A stretch of DNA of 55,398 bases, counting the filler, from Catajapyx aquilonaris (Eukaryota): the NCBI GenBank assembly GCA_000934665.2. It is 2 parts of 2 records of this genome, joined end to end, with 100 filler letters (N's around TTAATTAATTAA, not from the genome) between each part and the next. Parts side by side here need not be neighbours in the genome. Positions count along the whole stretch, not along the records: positions 27,738 to 55,398 come from KZ539271.1; 1 more part is not named here. One strand, written 5' to 3'. Every line of letters begins with the position of its first letter. The stretch's first letter is position 1. Below are positions 50,612 through 55,398 of the stretch, one piece after another. A program made the position numbers and the translations under genes. The notes beneath the pieces were generated by a model. That model made no database searches. It had not been told where the DNA came from and was given only the letters and a program-made list of their open reading frames with translations.

Positions 50612-53600
50612 TACAGTTTAGCCATTATGCACTTATTGCATTATCGTAAACCCGGCCACTGCAGCTTACTATATATTAGCAATCAGAGCCGTCAAGATAA
50701 GTATGCAGAAAACTTTTAGCAGAATATCGGACTTAGCGGTGTGTGAGATCAGTTCGCAAGTACTGTGGCTCAAAAATGAAAAGAAAAAAATGTCGACCTT
50801 GTAAAAACCCTTTGAACTGCTTGAGTAATTCACTTTCTCAAGTGTTTGTAAGCTCATAAAAGTGATATTGCATTGTGCTTACATCCATTGGATATGAAGT
50901 CAAGAAAAAGAAGTCAGATTGGGCTCGTCAGCAGTAATTGTACTCTTTCCTTATTGTGGTAAATTGAAATGCAGTCCAAGCCGTTTTTCCTGAAGTCGCA
51001 ACTATACAAGTTAGTGTATTTGGTTTAATTAATTGCACGCTTCAGGTCGAGTATAAATACTCCCGCGTGGCGCAAATAAACTAGGGCGTGGCACACTAGT
51101 TTTACAAATAACCATCGGGCTGTACAGGTCGACGTAACTTTATGAAAGAACTAGTTACAGACGTCAGCGAACTACGTGCAAAAGAGCGCAAAAAAAAAAG
51201 TAATTGCATTCAGAGTTGCGCGGTAATTTTGTAGCCTTGGACGTGCTTGTTTGTTGAAATAAAATCTCTGCATGTTAGATGTGTCAGGGGCAATTCATCA
51301 ATTAGAAGAGAGAATGGGCAGGTCACAAAGGAGAAGCTGAATGAGATGGTATAGCAGCAGCAAAAAGGGCGGGACCAACAACCCTTGTTTGTGGTATTGA
51401 GATGGGGATGTTGAACATGGAGTAGGGCATGGTGCAGCGAAATATCTTTGCATTGACGTCATTTGCGTACGAAAATAAGGACAACCTGTTTGGTATGATG
51501 ATTCGGTCGTCCTTTGAGATGTGACAACAGACTGACATTTGATGCGTTTGCAAGTTTCGGATTAAAACTGGTCATACGAAAGTTTGACGTACATGTGTTA
51601 GATCAAGTGGCGGATTTGTTGAAGAGGTGTTTTTGTACGGTAATAAAAAAGTGTCTTACTCTTACTGTAGAAATGGCTTGAGAAATCTAGGTTTGAATGG
51701 CAGGAAACTGCAACAAATCAGTTTATTATGTAACCATAGTGTGAATCAACTCCTGGTACGCAAGTGGGGCAGACGTCAATTACTCATAATTATTGTGTGG
51801 GATTACACAGTCAGGCAACTGGAATTTTTAAATTATTTATTTATATAACGTCTTTAAGGCAATAATTTTAGTCCATTACTTATGCACTTCTCCTTTGGTG
51901 GTGGTGATGCCCTGGTGCTGTTTTTATGTAGGCTATTTTATGAAATGAAATTTTCTGAAAATTTATTATTCATATACAGTATTTAAGTATTCTAACATAC
52001 CGTATGCCACAGGAAAAAATCACTTCCCCTGCTTATCGAAACCCCCCCCCCCCCACTANCCCCCCCCCCCCACTACAGTAGGTCTACATCTATAGTTCGT
52101 CACCAAAACTTATGCTAATTTTGTGCCAAAAGTGGGCTTCGACTAGACACTAAGTCATGAAACCGCCCAATTATGCGTGAGTTCCTGACTATCCCGTACA
52201 TATAGGAACATTTGTAACGGAGAGAGTGACATAAAAGAACAGTGCACGTGAATGGAATGGAAATGAAGGGGTGGTGAATTGAATTAAGGCGAATGCGAAA
52301 TGAGCGGCCAAGTGATATGAATTCAGTCAAAGGGGAATTAGATACGGAAGGGCGGCGAACAGACATGTCTTCACATGAATGGTGAATCGCAGTGAATGGA
52401 ATTGTGGTGAATTGATGAAGAGTATGAAAGTAGTTGTAAAATGGAAATAATGCGCTGTGCTTTGAACTGGAATATAATATTTTGAATAGTATATAATAGA
52501 TTATAACAGATTCATACTGAAATCCCTGCTGGTCATGTATAAAATGTACGTTTCTGGCGTTATTTGGGCCGAGGGATTTCAAAATATAGAGTACGTGTAG
52601 AATAGAATATCATTACAAATATTATCCAATAATCGGATGGCCTGTTGCAAAATTACCTTCTCAGTTATACGAGGATCGTGCAGCATATTAGAGATCTTAG
52701 TTTGATAGAGAATCTTTCACGGGGTGAGAATTATTTCCTCCATAAAGGGATAGTCATATACGTATATGATTTTATGTCCCTTCTTGCTGTTAAGTTTTAC
52801 TGCATCACGACAGATCGTAATGGAAGAATAAACTAAAACTGCAGGCAATCCTTTCCATACGAAATAATGTAGCCTATAATCGATGATTGTGTGCCATATC
52901 CAGTCCAGTATTCGCTATTTAGTTAGAAGCTTGTTCAACTTATATTAATAACTTCTACCACTACTGAAAAATAGGACAGCTTAAGGTTGCATGATGAGAC
53001 CATTAGAATTTTGGTTAAACTACTAGTTTTGCATAAAATATTTCCCTTTTATACTACTATACTAGCCTACTAACACTGCTCCACTTGTAAGAGTGTGTAG
53101 CGTTAAATTACTTGAACGCAACGAATGGAGAGAGAAAATCATGCGGTATAACAAAAAAGATGTGAAGGTGAGAGTGTGAATTGACGTCATAGGAATCAGC
53201 TTATCTCTGCTTCATCCTTGGCTGAGCTATTTTAATTCTTCCAATTACTGTATACCATCCTACCGTTTCCGTTTGCATGATTAGTATTCCGCATGTGTTC
53301 ACAAGCTCGCGACAATAATATATTGGTGGCAACGAGAGACAGGAGTCAATTCTCGCATCCCATTGGTCTGTTTACTTCTTACCCACACTAAAATGTCTCG
53401 AATTCGCTTCATATCAGTGGTTCTTGCGGGCCTATGAACCCACCTTTACTTTAGGCGGCACAGTTGTGTACGGTTGTGTAGTTGTTAGCTCCACATCTCA
53501 CGGCCAGTCGAAGCAAGCTAGGTCCCGTGTTTGATCCTCCGTTTTGGAGATGTCGCTGTCGACCCTAGACGCTGACGATGTTTATCCTGTCAAGTGTATA

Positions 53601-54430
53601 GATACCCCCGTGAATGCTGCATCGCTGGTTGTCGGAATCAGAAGGTGGAGCAATGGTCTGGGAGTGCTATCGCCTGAACCCGGCAACCAGCAATGGAGGC
53701 ATGCACTGGGGCCTGGGGGTATCCATACTTGTCAGAATAAACATCGTCGACGTCGACGTATTCGTCGGCCTTTCGGGACCATGCCATGTTTATTCCATAC
53801 TCACCCCCTACCACCCACATCATTTTGGCAGATGAATTCGGGAAGACCCTGTATCCTGTACGACATCAAAATCCATTAACAGAGCAGCAAGGAATAAGTA
53901 AGGAATCCGATGATCCCGTGAAAGGCCTTAGTAAGCGTATCGCAGAGTATGCAATTATTATTACTCCGCATTTAACTGGGTGCATAACTCTCTTGCAGTA
54001 GGCTATTACCGAGAGTTCTAAATAATCTCATAATGAAACTAGCAGCTAAAATAATACGTTTCCCTGCATGATAGGATGAGGGTCCTGAGATAGACTGCCT
54101 GGTAATATTGTAATATTTCCGTTTACGTCATGTATGATAAATATTGCTTGACGTTAGAAATTCCACTGCAATATGTAAGGGATCTTTAGGACGTATAGAG
54201 TGTAGACTCTGCGTTGCCTTTTTTCGTAAAGACCTACAGTACATACGTACACTGCATAATTATCGTCTAAGAGCCACAAGGAAGGCTGAAGGAGTACAGT
54301 ACATTTCTAGAACAGAAAAACAACAAAAGGACAAATGATTCCTGGAATAAAAGGAACCTGTTCCGTATAACAAGTCACTACCCTGCTCTGCTATATACAG
54401 ACAGCTATGTTGGTTGGCTATATACAGATA

Positions 54431-54753
54431 GGGGTCGTCCATAAACCACGTGACTGATTTTCGGGCACTTTTTGACCCCCCCCCCTCCCCCCCAGTGACC
54501 GACCGTGGTATCCATTGGAACCCCCCCCCCTCCCCCCTTTTTCACGTGGTTTTTTTTAATGTCGAAAAAACGCGATCGAAATTGACAGCTCCGCAACTAA
54601 ACTGTTTAAGCACGTAAAAAACATGTCTCCCCACGTTTTCGGGGTCGCTGATTTCGAATTTTAGGTTATTTTGAACCCATGTGCATCTGCAAAAGCTCCC
54701 ATATGTGCNCCCCCCCTCCCCCCAAAACGGTCACGTGGTATATGGACGACCCC
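54431..54753 (+). mobile_element. PIF/Harbinger-type MITE
   Basis: TIRs GGGGTCGTCCATAAACCACGTGAC / GTCACGTGGTATATGGACGACCCC; 3-bp TSD ATA. Confidence 0.87.
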
Positions 54754-55032
54754 ATATCTGAAAAGCAGAAAAGATGCAACATGTACTGTACGTATACATG
54801 TGTGGTGTATGAGAAAATCAGTGAGGTAATAAATACCGTTCCCCATGACCGCAAAAAACGAAAGTATAAATGCACTATATACTCCCGAATCTTATCCAGG
54901 CTAATGGCTACACGGGTGTTGCCGGATATTCAGAAAACACGGATAATCTGAAAATAGTCCTATAGACATCGTAAAAATGAGATATTCACAGGTTTTTAAT
55001 GTACTATTATTGTATATATGTATGCTGCTTAA

Positions 55033-55304
55033 GGGCGACACGGTGGCGGAGTGGTTAGCGCCGCAGCCTGCCACCTCTAAGGTCCCGAGTTCGATCCCTG
55101 GATCGGACAGAGGATCCTTATGTGGATAGAGTTTCGATGGGTTCTCTCCGTGTTCGCATGGGTTTTCTCGGGGTTCTCCCGTTTCCTCCCACTATCAAAA
55201 TCCATCACAGCAAAGGCAATGATTAAAGACGGTTAATTAAAAAGATGATCCCAAAAAAAAGCCCAAGGAGGCTTATCACGGGGTATCCATTATTATTTAT
55301 TATT
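55033..55304 (+). mobile_element. tRNA-derived SINE with V-domain-like core
   Basis: GGGCGACACGGTGGCGGAGTGGTTAGC head, B box AGTTCGATCCC, core gttctctccgtgttcgcatgggttttctcggggttctcccgtttcctcccac, (ATT)-type tail. Confidence 0.82.
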
Positions 55305-55398
55305 ATACAGGGTGATCCAACTCTGTGGCACCAACAGTTATTGGAAAAATCAACAAGCTGCTTGTTTATAAGCAGGTCGTTGCTAAGAGATCAATAAG

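Overview
Eukaryotic (arthropod, probably insect/hexapod) scaffold with assembly gaps, carrying two intron-rich genes in divergent orientation within a transposon-dense landscape. (1) Minus strand: a pyrokinin/PBAN-family (neuromedin-U-like) class A GPCR, most like pyrokinin-1 receptor, with coding exons 14143-13273 and 5359-5148. Two candidate 5'-UTR exons lie upstream; no terminal exon was located. (2) Plus strand: an unannotated-looking gene that I could assemble from 14 phase-consistent exons (29256-46907, about 1,430 aa, N-terminus not found). It has degenerate WD40 repeats of WDR87/WDR97 type followed by charged, coiled-coil-like regions, and one likely GC-AG intron. Repeats include ten tRNA-derived SINE copies of about five families (most with clear TSDs), hAT, Tc1/mariner/pogo and PIF/Harbinger MITEs, a hAT-Charlie and a mariner transposase relic, and a Helitron 3' end. 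The most interesting signals are a structurally conserved, co-varying 3' stem-loop shared by otherwise unrelated SINE families, a V-domain-like SINE, a CpG-depleted domain confined to the WD gene (read out by SINE copies), and multi-level nested insertions. No prokaryote-type system is present. All family assignments are from memory of motifs, not database searches.
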